A model generated the notes under the pieces. It worked only from the letters and a program-made list of their open reading frames with translations, ran no database searches and was not told the origin of the DNA. Below are positions 19,329 through 27,354 of a DNA stretch of 32,000 nt, piece after piece; positions within the stretch are counted from its first letter, which is position 1; the number at the start of each line of letters is the position of its first letter. The translations under genes were made by a program, and so were the position numbers. Origin of the DNA: Dickeya solani IPO 2222 (GTDB taxonomy: Bacteria > Pseudomonadota > Gammaproteobacteria > Enterobacterales > Enterobacteriaceae); the NCBI RefSeq assembly GCF_001644705.1, contig NZ_CP015137.1, positions 3,780,001-3,812,000 of the forward strand, read 5' to 3'.

Positions 19329-19400
19329 CTTTCGCGGTGTACTATTTCCTCGCGGTGTACTATTTCTTCTCGATGTACCATTTCCTCGCGATGTATATGC
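19329..19400. repeat. Four degenerate tandem repeats with an 18-bp period in the methyltransferase promoter region
   Basis: The cores ggtgtac (19337), ggtgtac (19355), gatgtac (19373) and gatgtat (19391) recur every 18 bp inside units resembling CTCGCGGTGTACTATTTC. Confidence 0.7.
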
Positions 19401-19454
19401 CCGCATGATTTTTCTTGTTGAGGTTAATTTGTCGTAATAATAGGGTTACCCGTT

Positions 19455-20252
19455 GTGGCGCAATTAATAATGAATGACAGGGTCATGGATGATATAGCGA
19501 GTGATGGTTTACTGAATGAGGTAAAGCATTACTGGAACAAGAGAGCGGAAGGATATAACGATGTTAACGTCGCTGAATTAGCAGGCGACAAGCGCCTGTT
19601 ATGGCAGACCATCATTTTACGTCACGCCCCGAAAAAGCAGCGATTAAATATATTGGATGTCGGCGCCGGGCCGGGTTTTTTCGCCGTCACGCTGGCGATG
19701 GCGGGGCATGGTGTTACCGCGGTGGATGCAACGCCCGCTATGCTGGCGCAAGCCAAAAATAATGCTGATGTTTATGGCGTTGATATCAATTTTGTGGCGT
19801 CGGATGTGCATACGTTGCCGTTCCCGGATAACCATTTCGATCTGCTGGTGACGCGCAATGTGACCTGGAATTTGAAACAACCGCAGGCGGCCTATCAGGA
19901 GTGGCGGCGGGTATTAGCCCCCGGCGGTCGTCTGATTAATTTCGATGCCAATTGGTACGCCCATCTTTTTGATGACGAGGCGTGTGAAGGCTATCTGCGC
20001 GATCGTCAGAATGCCCGCCGTCTGAAGATTAATGACCATTATGCCAACACGGACACGGTAGCCATGGAGAATATTGCCAGAGCGCTGCCGTTAAGCCGGG
20101 AAATACGCCCGGAGTGGGATCGTCGTTCCCTGCTGGCGTGTGGTTTTAATCAGGTTTTTATCGATGAAAATATTGCTGAAAACCTCTGGGATGACGAAGA
20201 GAAAATTAACTACGCGTCGACGCCGATGTTTATGGTAGTTGCGGAAAAATAG
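19455..20252 (+). CDS. Class I SAM-dependent methyltransferase
   Basis: Motif I is ILDVGAGPGFFAV. It is followed by VTAVDATPAML and FDLLVTRNVTWNL. The start is uncertain among GTG 19455 (AGGG 9 nt upstream), ATG 19470 and ATG 19485. Confidence 0.75.
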   Translation: MAQLIMNDRVMDDIASDGLLNEVKHYWNKRAEGYNDVNVAELAGDKRLLWQTIILRHAPKKQRLNILDVGAGPGFFAVTLAMAGHGVTAVDATPAMLAQAKNNADVYGVDINFVASDVHTLPFPDNHFDLLVTRNVTWNLKQPQAAYQEWRRVLAPGGRLINFDANWYAHLFDDEACEGYLRDRQNARRLKINDHYANTDTVAMENIARALPLSREIRPEWDRRSLLACGFNQVFIDENIAENLWDDEEKINYASTPMFMVVAEK

Positions 20253-20257
20253 ACCGC

Positions 20258-20384
20258 TATACCCGTCATACTTCAAGTTGCAGGTGTGTTGGCTGCGCTC
20301 GTTCACCCGAATCACTTACCAGAGTAAGCTCATCGGGATTCACTCACTTGCCGCCTTCCTGCAACTCGAATCATTTAGGGTATA
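20258..20384. repeat. ERIC / IRU element (127 bp) followed by a truncated second copy at about 20383-20418
   Basis: The reverse complement of the centre reads gtgaatcccgatgagcttactctggtaagtgattcgggtgaacgagcg. This compares with the ERIC core GTGAATCCCCAGGAGCTTACATAAGTAAGTGACTGGGGTGAGCG. The termini are tatacccgtcatacttcaagttgca and tgcaactcgaatcatttagggtata. Confidence 0.9.
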
Positions 20385-20449
20385 TACCCGTTGTACTTCA
20401 AGTTGCTGATGAGTTGGCGTTTCTTGTTTATTTCTTCAGGGGAAGGGTG

Positions 20450-22024
20450 ATGGTTGGGATACGGCGAATAACACTGGCGGCGTTAATATTTTGCCTGTTC
20501 TCCGGCGTATTTTCGGTGTACGCCGGCGCGGCAGATAATCAACTGGTGTACGCCAGCACCAAAGATATTCGTGATATTAATCCTCATCTCTATTCTGGTG
20601 AAATGGCCGCCCAGAATATGGTGTTTGAGTCGCTGGTTATGAACACGCCCGAGGGGGTGAAACCCTGGCTGGCGGAAAGCTGGACGATATCTCCCGATGG
20701 CAAACAGTATATTTTCACCTTACGCCACGATGTTCGGTTTACCGATGGCGAGCCGCTAACGGCCGATGCCGTCAAACAGAACATAGAGGCGGTGCTGGAT
20801 AATTATCAGCGCCACGCCTGGCTTGAGCTGGTGCAACAGATCGATAAAGTGACGGCGCTGGACCGCTATCGTGTCGAAATCACACTCAAAAACCCCTATT
20901 ACCCGACGTTAATCGAACTGGGGTTGACCAGACCGTTCCGTTTTGTGTCGCCCAAGGCGTTTATCGACGGTAAAACCAAAAACGGCATAACGGGTGATGT
21001 AGGGACCGGCCCCTGGGTGCTGGCGGAGCATAAAACCAATCAGTATGCGCGGTTTGTCGTCAATCCTAATTACTGGGGCGCCCGGCCGCGCCTTGACGGC
21101 GTTGTGTGGCGCGTGATGCCTGACCGCCAGTCCATGCTGATGGCGCTGCAAAAAGAACAGGTCCAGCTCATCTTTGGTGCGGACGGCGATATGCTGGATA
21201 TGGACAGCTTTGCCGCGCTTCAGGCATCGGGAAAATACCGGACGTTGATGAGCCCGCCGGTTGCGTCCCGTGCGCTGGTGCTGAATAGCGGTCGTCCCAT
21301 CACCGGGGATAAAGCGGTTCGTCAGGCGTTGCAGTACGCGATTGATAAAGCGGCGATCGCCAGCGGGATTATGGATAATACCGAAAGCGTTGCCGATACC
21401 CTGATGTCCCGCCGTGTGCCCTATTGCGATATCGATGTGCCGGTTTACCGGTTTAATCCGCAGCAGGCCGGAACATTGCTGGAGGCGGCCGGCTGGCATC
21501 TGGCGGCGGGAAAGACGGTGCGGGAAAAAGAAGGCAAGACGCTGACGCTGATGCTGTCTTATAACCGCAATAACGCGGCGGAAAGGGAGATTGCCGAGCT
21601 GATTCAGGATGACCTGAAAAAGATCGGCGTGCAGCTGATTATTTTGGGGGAAGAAAAGCAGGCTTTTCTGGACCGCCAAAAGTCGGGCGACTTTGACCTG
21701 CAATATTCGTTGTCATGGGGAACGCCTTACGACCCGGCTTCGTATATTTCGTCGTTCCGTATTCCTGCTCATGCGGACTATCAGGCACAGAAGGGATTAC
21801 ACAGTAAGCCTGATATCGATAACCTGATTGGCGAAATATTGCTGACGCCGAATGAAAAACAGCGTCAGGAGCTGTATGTGCGGTTATTTACGCTGTTGGC
21901 CGATGAGGCGGTGTATATTCCGCTGACCTATTCGAAGACCAAAGCCATCTATTCGCCCACGCTGAAAGGGGTGTCGTTTAACTCATCACAGTATGAGATT
22001 CCCTTTGAGACAATGTATTTCTGA
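20450..22024 (+). CDS. nikA: Periplasmic substrate-binding protein, family 5, NikA-like (nickel or metallophore)
   Basis: 524 aa from the ATG at 20450, the same length as E. coli NikA. It has a signal peptide (MVGIRRITLAALIFCLFSGVFSVYAGA). Shared blocks with NikA are AVLDNYQRHAWLEL, TRPFRFVSP, GTGPWVL and PAHADYQAQKGL. Confidence 0.7.
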   Translation: MVGIRRITLAALIFCLFSGVFSVYAGAADNQLVYASTKDIRDINPHLYSGEMAAQNMVFESLVMNTPEGVKPWLAESWTISPDGKQYIFTLRHDVRFTDGEPLTADAVKQNIEAVLDNYQRHAWLELVQQIDKVTALDRYRVEITLKNPYYPTLIELGLTRPFRFVSPKAFIDGKTKNGITGDVGTGPWVLAEHKTNQYARFVVNPNYWGARPRLDGVVWRVMPDRQSMLMALQKEQVQLIFGADGDMLDMDSFAALQASGKYRTLMSPPVASRALVLNSGRPITGDKAVRQALQYAIDKAAIASGIMDNTESVADTLMSRRVPYCDIDVPVYRFNPQQAGTLLEAAGWHLAAGKTVREKEGKTLTLMLSYNRNNAAEREIAELIQDDLKKIGVQLIILGEEKQAFLDRQKSGDFDLQYSLSWGTPYDPASYISSFRIPAHADYQAQKGLHSKPDIDNLIGEILLTPNEKQRQELYVRLFTLLADEAVYIPLTYSKTKAIYSPTLKGVSFNSSQYEIPFETMYF

Positions 22025-22095
22025 TCGCCGGACGATATCCCCGCTGGGCGTGTTGCCGATGCTGCGTCGGGGAAATGCACAGGAAAACAGAGCCG

Positions 22096-23028
22096 ATGCG
22101 TGCATATTTCATCAAACGATTATTCATGACGCTGCCGCTGGCCGTGGTGGTGTCGTTGGTGGCTTTTTCGCTGTTGAATTTGGTGCCTTCCGACCCGGCT
22201 GAAGTGGCCTTGCGCGTGAATGACATCGTGCCGACCGATGCGGCGGTGCAACTGATGCGCCATGAGTTAGGGCTGGATCGGCCTTTCCTCCAACGTTATT
22301 TACTCTGGCTCTGGAAGGTACTGCAATTTGATTTCGGCACCTCGTTTATCACCCGACAGCCGGTATGGCATGAATTTATGCAGGCGTTGCCCGCCACGCT
22401 GTATCTGGCTGCGGTGTCGCTGGTGATGATCGTCACGCTGTCGCTAACGTTGGGCATCGCCTGCGCGGTAACCGAAAATACCCTTTTCGACAACGTGGTT
22501 CGTAGCCTGGTTTTCCTGACGGTCGCCATTCCAAATTACTGGATTGGCTTGCTGTTGCTGTGGGGACTGGCGGTCAACATGGACCTGTTTCCTGTCGGCG
22601 GCATGCAGGACGAACGATCCGTCATTTTGCCCTCATGCACCTTGATGCTGGGATACATCGGTACCTATATCCGGCTGATCAGGGGAAGCATGATCGGCAA
22701 TTTACGGCAAAATTACGTGTTGTACGCCAGAGCGAGAGGGCTGCCGACACCGCTGATTATCGGTAAACATGTGCTGGTGAATTCCCTGCACGCGTCTTTG
22801 GTGGCGATTGGCATGAGCATCCCAAAATTAATTGCCGGCACGGTGGTGATCGAAAATATCTTTGCCTGGCCCGGCGTGGGCCGGCTGTGCCTTTCCGCTA
22901 TTTTCAATCGTGACTATCCGATGATTCAGGCCTACATGTTGCTGATGGCGCTGCTGTTTCTGGGGTGTAATCTTTTGACCGACCTGTTGCAGGCCAAACT
23001 TGACCCGCGAATCAGAGGGGAAGGCTAA
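22096..23028 (+). CDS. nikB: ABC permease, NikB-like
   Basis: ATG at 22096 follows AGGAAA. The C-terminal block IENIFAWPGVGRLCLSAIFNRDYPMIQAY is nearly identical to E. coli NikB. Confidence 0.7.
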   Translation: MRAYFIKRLFMTLPLAVVVSLVAFSLLNLVPSDPAEVALRVNDIVPTDAAVQLMRHELGLDRPFLQRYLLWLWKVLQFDFGTSFITRQPVWHEFMQALPATLYLAAVSLVMIVTLSLTLGIACAVTENTLFDNVVRSLVFLTVAIPNYWIGLLLLWGLAVNMDLFPVGGMQDERSVILPSCTLMLGYIGTYIRLIRGSMIGNLRQNYVLYARARGLPTPLIIGKHVLVNSLHASLVAIGMSIPKLIAGTVVIENIFAWPGVGRLCLSAIFNRDYPMIQAYMLLMALLFLGCNLLTDLLQAKLDPRIRGEG

Positions 23029-23030
23029 AC

Positions 23031-23876
23031 ATGGCGTGGGCTATCGGGAAAAAAATAACCCAGGATCGGCTGGCCTTGCTGTGTTGCCTGCTGCTCTTGA
23101 TCGTGTTGATTGTCGGTATTTTCGCGCCGTATATCGCACCGCATGATCCTGCGTTGACGTCGGTCAGGCATAAGTATCAGAGCGCCAGTCTGCTCTATCC
23201 GCTCGGTACGGATAATCTGGGGCGGTGCGTTTTTTCGCGCTTGGTGTTTGGCGTGAGAACCACGGTGTTTTATAGCGTCGCGGCCATGATGCTGACCGTG
23301 CTGGCCGGTGGAATCGTTGGCCTGATCGCCGGCTATTTCAAAGGCAACATCGACGGATTTTTAATGCGCGTCTGCGACGCCATGCTCTCTTTTCCCGGCG
23401 AGGTGATGATTTTTGCCATCGTGGGGATTATCGGGCCGGGAATGCAAAATATCCTGTTGGCGGTGGTGCTGGCGAAATGGGCCTGGTATGCGCGCATGGT
23501 CAGAGGGATGGCGTTGCGACACGGCAGTAAAAATTATGTCAATTACGTGCGTATTATTGCCGCGCCTTCCACCTATGTCATGCGCCGGCATCTATTGCCG
23601 GCCGCTGCCGCCGACCTGGTTATTCTGGCGTCTGCGGATATTGGCAGCGTGATACTGATGATCTCCGCGCTCTCTTTTCTGGGCCTGGGTGCCCAGCCGC
23701 CGTTGCCGGAATGGGGAAATATGCTCAGCGAGGCGAAAAACGTCATGCTGACGCACCCGACACAAATGTTGCCCGCCGGTATCGCCATTGCCGTGGTGGT
23801 CGCCGCCTGTCATGTGGTCGGCGATTTTTTACGCGACGCGCTGGACCCCGCCAGCGATGTCAACAACGCCGGGTAG
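23031..23876 (+). CDS. nikC: ABC permease, NikC-like
   Basis: 281 aa. It is a DppC/OppC/NikC-type permease (PLGTDNLGRCVFSRLVFG, SALSFLGLGAQPP). It starts 2 nt after the nikB stop. Confidence 0.7.
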   Translation: MAWAIGKKITQDRLALLCCLLLLIVLIVGIFAPYIAPHDPALTSVRHKYQSASLLYPLGTDNLGRCVFSRLVFGVRTTVFYSVAAMMLTVLAGGIVGLIAGYFKGNIDGFLMRVCDAMLSFPGEVMIFAIVGIIGPGMQNILLAVVLAKWAWYARMVRGMALRHGSKNYVNYVRIIAAPSTYVMRRHLLPAAAADLVILASADIGSVILMISALSFLGLGAQPPLPEWGNMLSEAKNVMLTHPTQMLPAGIAIAVVVAACHVVGDFLRDALDPASDVNNAG

Positions 23877-23882
23877 ACCGCG

Positions 23883-24695
23883 ATGACGGCGCCTGTGTTG
23901 CTGGAGATTAACCGGCTCGCTGTTTCCGATGCACGCAACGGCCGCGTCTTGCTCAACGATATTAATCTGACGCTGCATGAACGCTGCTGTACGGCGATTG
24001 TAGGGGAGAGCGGGAGCGGAAAAAGCCTGCTGTGCAAAAGCCTGTTCGGTTTGCTGCCGCCCTGGCTGCGCGTCAGCGGCGAGACGGTTTTTCGAGGCCG
24101 CGATTTGCAACGACTCTCGTCGAAAGCGTGGCTGACTATGCGCGGCAAACAGATGGCGCTGATCATGCAAGATGCCGTCAGCGCGTTTGATCCGCTGTAT
24201 ACGGTGGGTAACCATCTTGATGAAACGCTGAAGCGGCATACGCCGTTGACTCATGCGCAGCGTCGTGACCGCGCTACCGCGCTGCTGGAAAACGTCGGGC
24301 TGCGGGATACGGCCACATTACTGGCGGCATACCCCCATCAGCTGTCCGGCGGGATGCTGCAACGGGTGATGATTGCCATCGCGTTAGCATCAGAACCGGC
24401 GTTGATCATTGCGGATGAACCGACCACCTCGCTTGACTGCATTACGCAGTATGCAATCGTGCAGCAGTTTATTCAGCTGCAAAAAAATGGCGATAGCGCC
24501 ATGCTGTTTGTCTCTCATGACCTGGCGCTGGTCAGGGCGCTGGCGCAGTATGTGGTGGTGATGAAAGACGGCCGAATCGTTGAGCAGGGGGAGACCGAAC
24601 GGGTATTTACCCACCCCGAACAGGATTATACACGCGGTCTGATTGAGACCCGCAGACGATTAAGTCTGGCCTTCAATCAGGTCATGGGGAAATAA
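23883..24695 (+). CDS. nikD: ABC ATP-binding protein, NikD-like
   Basis: Walker A is GESGSGKS, the signature is LSGGMLQR and Walker B is LIIADEPTTSLD. Confidence 0.7.
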   Translation: MTAPVLLEINRLAVSDARNGRVLLNDINLTLHERCCTAIVGESGSGKSLLCKSLFGLLPPWLRVSGETVFRGRDLQRLSSKAWLTMRGKQMALIMQDAVSAFDPLYTVGNHLDETLKRHTPLTHAQRRDRATALLENVGLRDTATLLAAYPHQLSGGMLQRVMIAIALASEPALIIADEPTTSLDCITQYAIVQQFIQLQKNGDSAMLFVSHDLALVRALAQYVVVMKDGRIVEQGETERVFTHPEQDYTRGLIETRRRLSLAFNQVMGK

Positions 24696-24698
24696 CGC

Positions 24699-25460
24699 AT
24701 GTTGCTTGATGTCCGGCAGGTTGAAAAAAGCTATTGGGAAAACCGCGGGCATTTTTTCTCGAAAAGAAAACGCGCGGTGATAAAAAATGTCTCGTTCTCG
24801 CTTGGGCACGGCGATTGCCTCGGTATTATCGGCGAAAGCGGCGGCGGAAAAAGTACCCTGGCCCGCCTGATTAGCGGGCTGGAGCGGCCCGACCGGGGGA
24901 CAATATTATTAGCGGGCGAGCCGGTCTTTTCCCCCAAAAATAGAAGACGTCGAATCAGCACTGTATTTCAGGATTATGCCTCTTCGATTAATCCGCTGAT
25001 GACGGTTTATCAGGCGTTATCCGAACCGTTGATGTTGCAGGACATCATCAGCCGGGCCGAACGGGATCGCCGAATCACCGAATTATTAGCGCTGGCCGGT
25101 TTAGCGCCGGAATTACGCGGGCGTTATGTCCATGAATTGTCGGGAGGCCAGATTCAGCGTGTCTGTATTTGCCGGGCGGTGGCGACAAACCCACAACTGC
25201 TTATTCTGGATGAGGCCATCAGCGCGCTGGATGTGTCCTCACAGGTGCAGATTCTGGATCTGCTTATCGACCTGAAAAAACGCTTTAACCTTTCCTGCCT
25301 GTTTATTACGCATGATATTCAGGCCGCGGCGTATCTGTGCAATAACGTGATGTTCTTCCGTGAGGGCGAAATCATTGAAGCATGCGCCGTTAGCGATTTA
25401 TCCGCGGTTTCCCATCCCTACTCAAAAACGTTGCTGCAAGCGGTGATGACATTCCGCTGA
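24699..25460 (+). CDS. nikE: ABC ATP-binding protein, NikE-like
   Basis: Walker A is GESGGGKST, the signature is LSGGQIQR and Walker B is LLILDEAISALD. Confidence 0.7.
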   Translation: MLLDVRQVEKSYWENRGHFFSKRKRAVIKNVSFSLGHGDCLGIIGESGGGKSTLARLISGLERPDRGTILLAGEPVFSPKNRRRRISTVFQDYASSINPLMTVYQALSEPLMLQDIISRAERDRRITELLALAGLAPELRGRYVHELSGGQIQRVCICRAVATNPQLLILDEAISALDVSSQVQILDLLIDLKKRFNLSCLFITHDIQAAAYLCNNVMFFREGEIIEACAVSDLSAVSHPYSKTLLQAVMTFR

Positions 25461-25616
25461 GCCATTTCGCTAAGCCATGATGGCTTCTCCCTGACGGACT
25501 CAAATCGACATCGCCTGTTGGGTTTCCCCGACCCATCGCACCGGGAAAGTCCGGGGGTTGCCCTTGCGGCGTGACGGGTCTTGATACAGAAAATGTACCG
25601 TGAGAACGAATCGAGA

Positions 25617-25645
25617 TTGACATTTTGATGCCTAGGCATTAATTT
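25617..25645 (+). promoter_or_regulatory. Candidate sigma70 promoter of the MarR-like/emrAB operon
   Basis: TTGACA (25617-25622), a 17-bp spacer, then TAATTT (25640-25645). It lies 36 nt upstream of the regulator ATG. Confidence 0.45.
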
Positions 25646-25668
25646 CTTTTTCAATTAATGCCTAGGCA
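25629..25668. promoter_or_regulatory. Two MarR-type operator boxes (TGCC-TA-GGCA) within a perfect 16-bp inverted repeat, which may also act as the nikE terminator
   Basis: tgcctaggcattaatt (25629-25644), tctttttc, aattaatgcctaggca (25653-25668), then GGTTTTTG. Each arm carries the self-palindrome TGCCTAGGCA, with centres 30 bp apart. Confidence 0.5.
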
Positions 25669-25680
25669 GGTTTTTGTGAG

Positions 25681-26151
25681 ATGAATGAAAAATCCGATGA
25701 AATGCTCTACCCGCTTGGCTTGCTTATCCACCTGGTAAACCAGTTCAAGGATAACCTGCTGAATGACTATTTTGCCGACAGCGACATCACCGCGCCTCAG
25801 TTCAAGGTCTTGATGAGTATCTATAAAGGCTTCACCAGCCCGGTCGAGGTGAGCAAAAACGTGATGATGGACGGCGGTGCGCTTAGCCGCATGATAGAGC
25901 GGATGGTGAAGCGGGAACTGCTTGTGCGTCAGCCTCACCCCAGTGACAAGCGGCAGGTGATTCTGGCGCTGACGGAAAAAGGGCTGGCGATCCTCCAGCA
26001 GTTTGAACGGGAAGGAATGCGGATTGTCCTGTCGCAAACTACCGCGCGCCTGACTTATCAGGAAGTGGAACAGCTGATGCAGTTGCTCATCAAAATGTTG
26101 CCGGATGACGTGATAGCGCGTCATTCCCCTCACTTAACCTACCCACGATAA
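25681..26151 (+). CDS. MarR-family transcriptional repressor (closer to E. coli MarR than to EmrR by eye)
   Basis: 156 aa. PLGLLIHLVNQFKDNLLNDYFADSDITAPQFKVLMSI compares with E. coli MarR PLGRLIHMVNQKKDRLLNEYLSPLDITAAQFKVLCSI. The wing motif is PSDKRQVILALTEKG. Confidence 0.85.
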   Translation: MNEKSDEMLYPLGLLIHLVNQFKDNLLNDYFADSDITAPQFKVLMSIYKGFTSPVEVSKNVMMDGGALSRMIERMVKRELLVRQPHPSDKRQVILALTEKGLAILQQFEREGMRIVLSQTTARLTYQEVEQLMQLLIKMLPDDVIARHSPHLTYPR

Positions 26152-26165
26152 AGGTCATCGTTTCC

Positions 26166-27344
26166 ATGGATACGACATCCACGCCATCCGCTCCGCGCGC
26201 CAGCCACCGTAAACGTCATTTCGCCATTCTGTTGCTGGTGTTGTTGCTGGGCGCGGCAGGCGGTGTGGCTTATTACCAGATCTACCTGCGTTTTTATGAA
26301 ACCACCGACAATGCCTACGTGGGCGGTAATCTGATCACGCTGACGCCGCAGGTCGGCGGCACCGTAACCCAGGTCAGCGTGGACGATGGCGACTATGTGG
26401 AAAAAGGGCAGTTGCTGGTGCAGCTCAGCCCAAGCGATACCCTGATCGCGTTGCAGCAATCGGAAGCGCAACTGGCCAGCGCCGTGCGTCAGGTGCGCGG
26501 CCTGTACAGCACCGTTGATAACTATCAGGCACAGGTCGCGTCCAGACAGGTGGCGCTGCAACAGGCCATCGGTGACTATAACCGCCGTAAAGGGCTGATG
26601 GCGAAGGGCGCCATTTCCGCCGAGGACCTGGCGCATTATCAGGATGCGGTCAACAGCGCCCGCAGTGCGCTCGATGCGGCCGAACAGGCGCTGCGCACCA
26701 ATCAGGCGATGGTCGATAATACCGTGCTGGACGACCATCCCGAGATTAAAAACGCGGTGGCGGATCTGCGCAGTAAATATCTGGACTGGGCGCGCAGCGC
26801 CATCGTCGCGCCGGTCAGCGGCTATGTCGCCAAACGCGCGGTTCAGGTTGGGATGCGCGTCAGTTCCGGCGCGACCCTGATGACGATCGTGCCGCTCGAT
26901 CAGGTATGGGTGGACGCCAATTTCAAAGAGAGCCAGATGGTGCAAATGCGGCTGGGGCAGCCGGTAACCCTGACGGCGGATATCTATGGCGACAAAACGG
27001 TCTACCACGGCACCATACAGAGCCTGGGGATCGGCACCGGCAGCGCGTTCTCTCTGCTGCCGGCGCAGAACGCCAGCGGTAACTGGATTAAAATCGTGCA
27101 GCGTCTGCCGGTGCGCATCGCGCTGGACCCGGAAGGATTGAAACAACGCCCGCTGCGTATCGGCCTGTCGATGCTGGCTAGCGTGGATCTGCACAATACG
27201 CAGGGTGAACTGCTGCCCGCCGCACCGGTCAGCGCACCGCGCTATCTCACCGATGTGTACGACGATCCGCTCCTGCAGGCCGATAAACTGGTGGCGAAAA
27301 TTCTGAGCGACAACAGTCAACCGCGGACGAGCTCACGTGGCTGA
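26166..27344 (+). CDS. emrA: Multidrug efflux membrane fusion protein, EmrA/HlyD family
   Basis: 392 aa, colinear with E. coli EmrA (ETTDNAYVGGNLITLTPQVGG, VWVDANFKESQMVQMRLGQPVTLTADIYGD, GTGSAFSLLPAQNASGNWIKIVQRLPVRIAL). Confidence 0.85.
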   Translation: MDTTSTPSAPRASHRKRHFAILLLVLLLGAAGGVAYYQIYLRFYETTDNAYVGGNLITLTPQVGGTVTQVSVDDGDYVEKGQLLVQLSPSDTLIALQQSEAQLASAVRQVRGLYSTVDNYQAQVASRQVALQQAIGDYNRRKGLMAKGAISAEDLAHYQDAVNSARSALDAAEQALRTNQAMVDNTVLDDHPEIKNAVADLRSKYLDWARSAIVAPVSGYVAKRAVQVGMRVSSGATLMTIVPLDQVWVDANFKESQMVQMRLGQPVTLTADIYGDKTVYHGTIQSLGIGTGSAFSLLPAQNASGNWIKIVQRLPVRIALDPEGLKQRPLRIGLSMLASVDLHNTQGELLPAAPVSAPRYLTDVYDDPLLQADKLVAKILSDNSQPRTSSRG

Positions 27345-27354
27345 GGCACCGGTG

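Noticed and set aside
19329-19400. Tandem repeats at 19329-19400, 14053-14100 and 14561-14592 considered as CRISPR arrays.
   Set aside because: The units are contiguous with no unique spacers, are only 16-18 bp long with 2-4 copies, and no cas genes are present.
25629-25668. The 16-bp perfect inverted repeat considered as a MITE or IS terminal-repeat remnant.
   Set aside because: The total length is only 40 bp with an 8-bp loop, there are no flanking target-site duplications and no transposase. Its position relative to a -35/-10 pair and a MarR-family gene fits an operator or terminator better.
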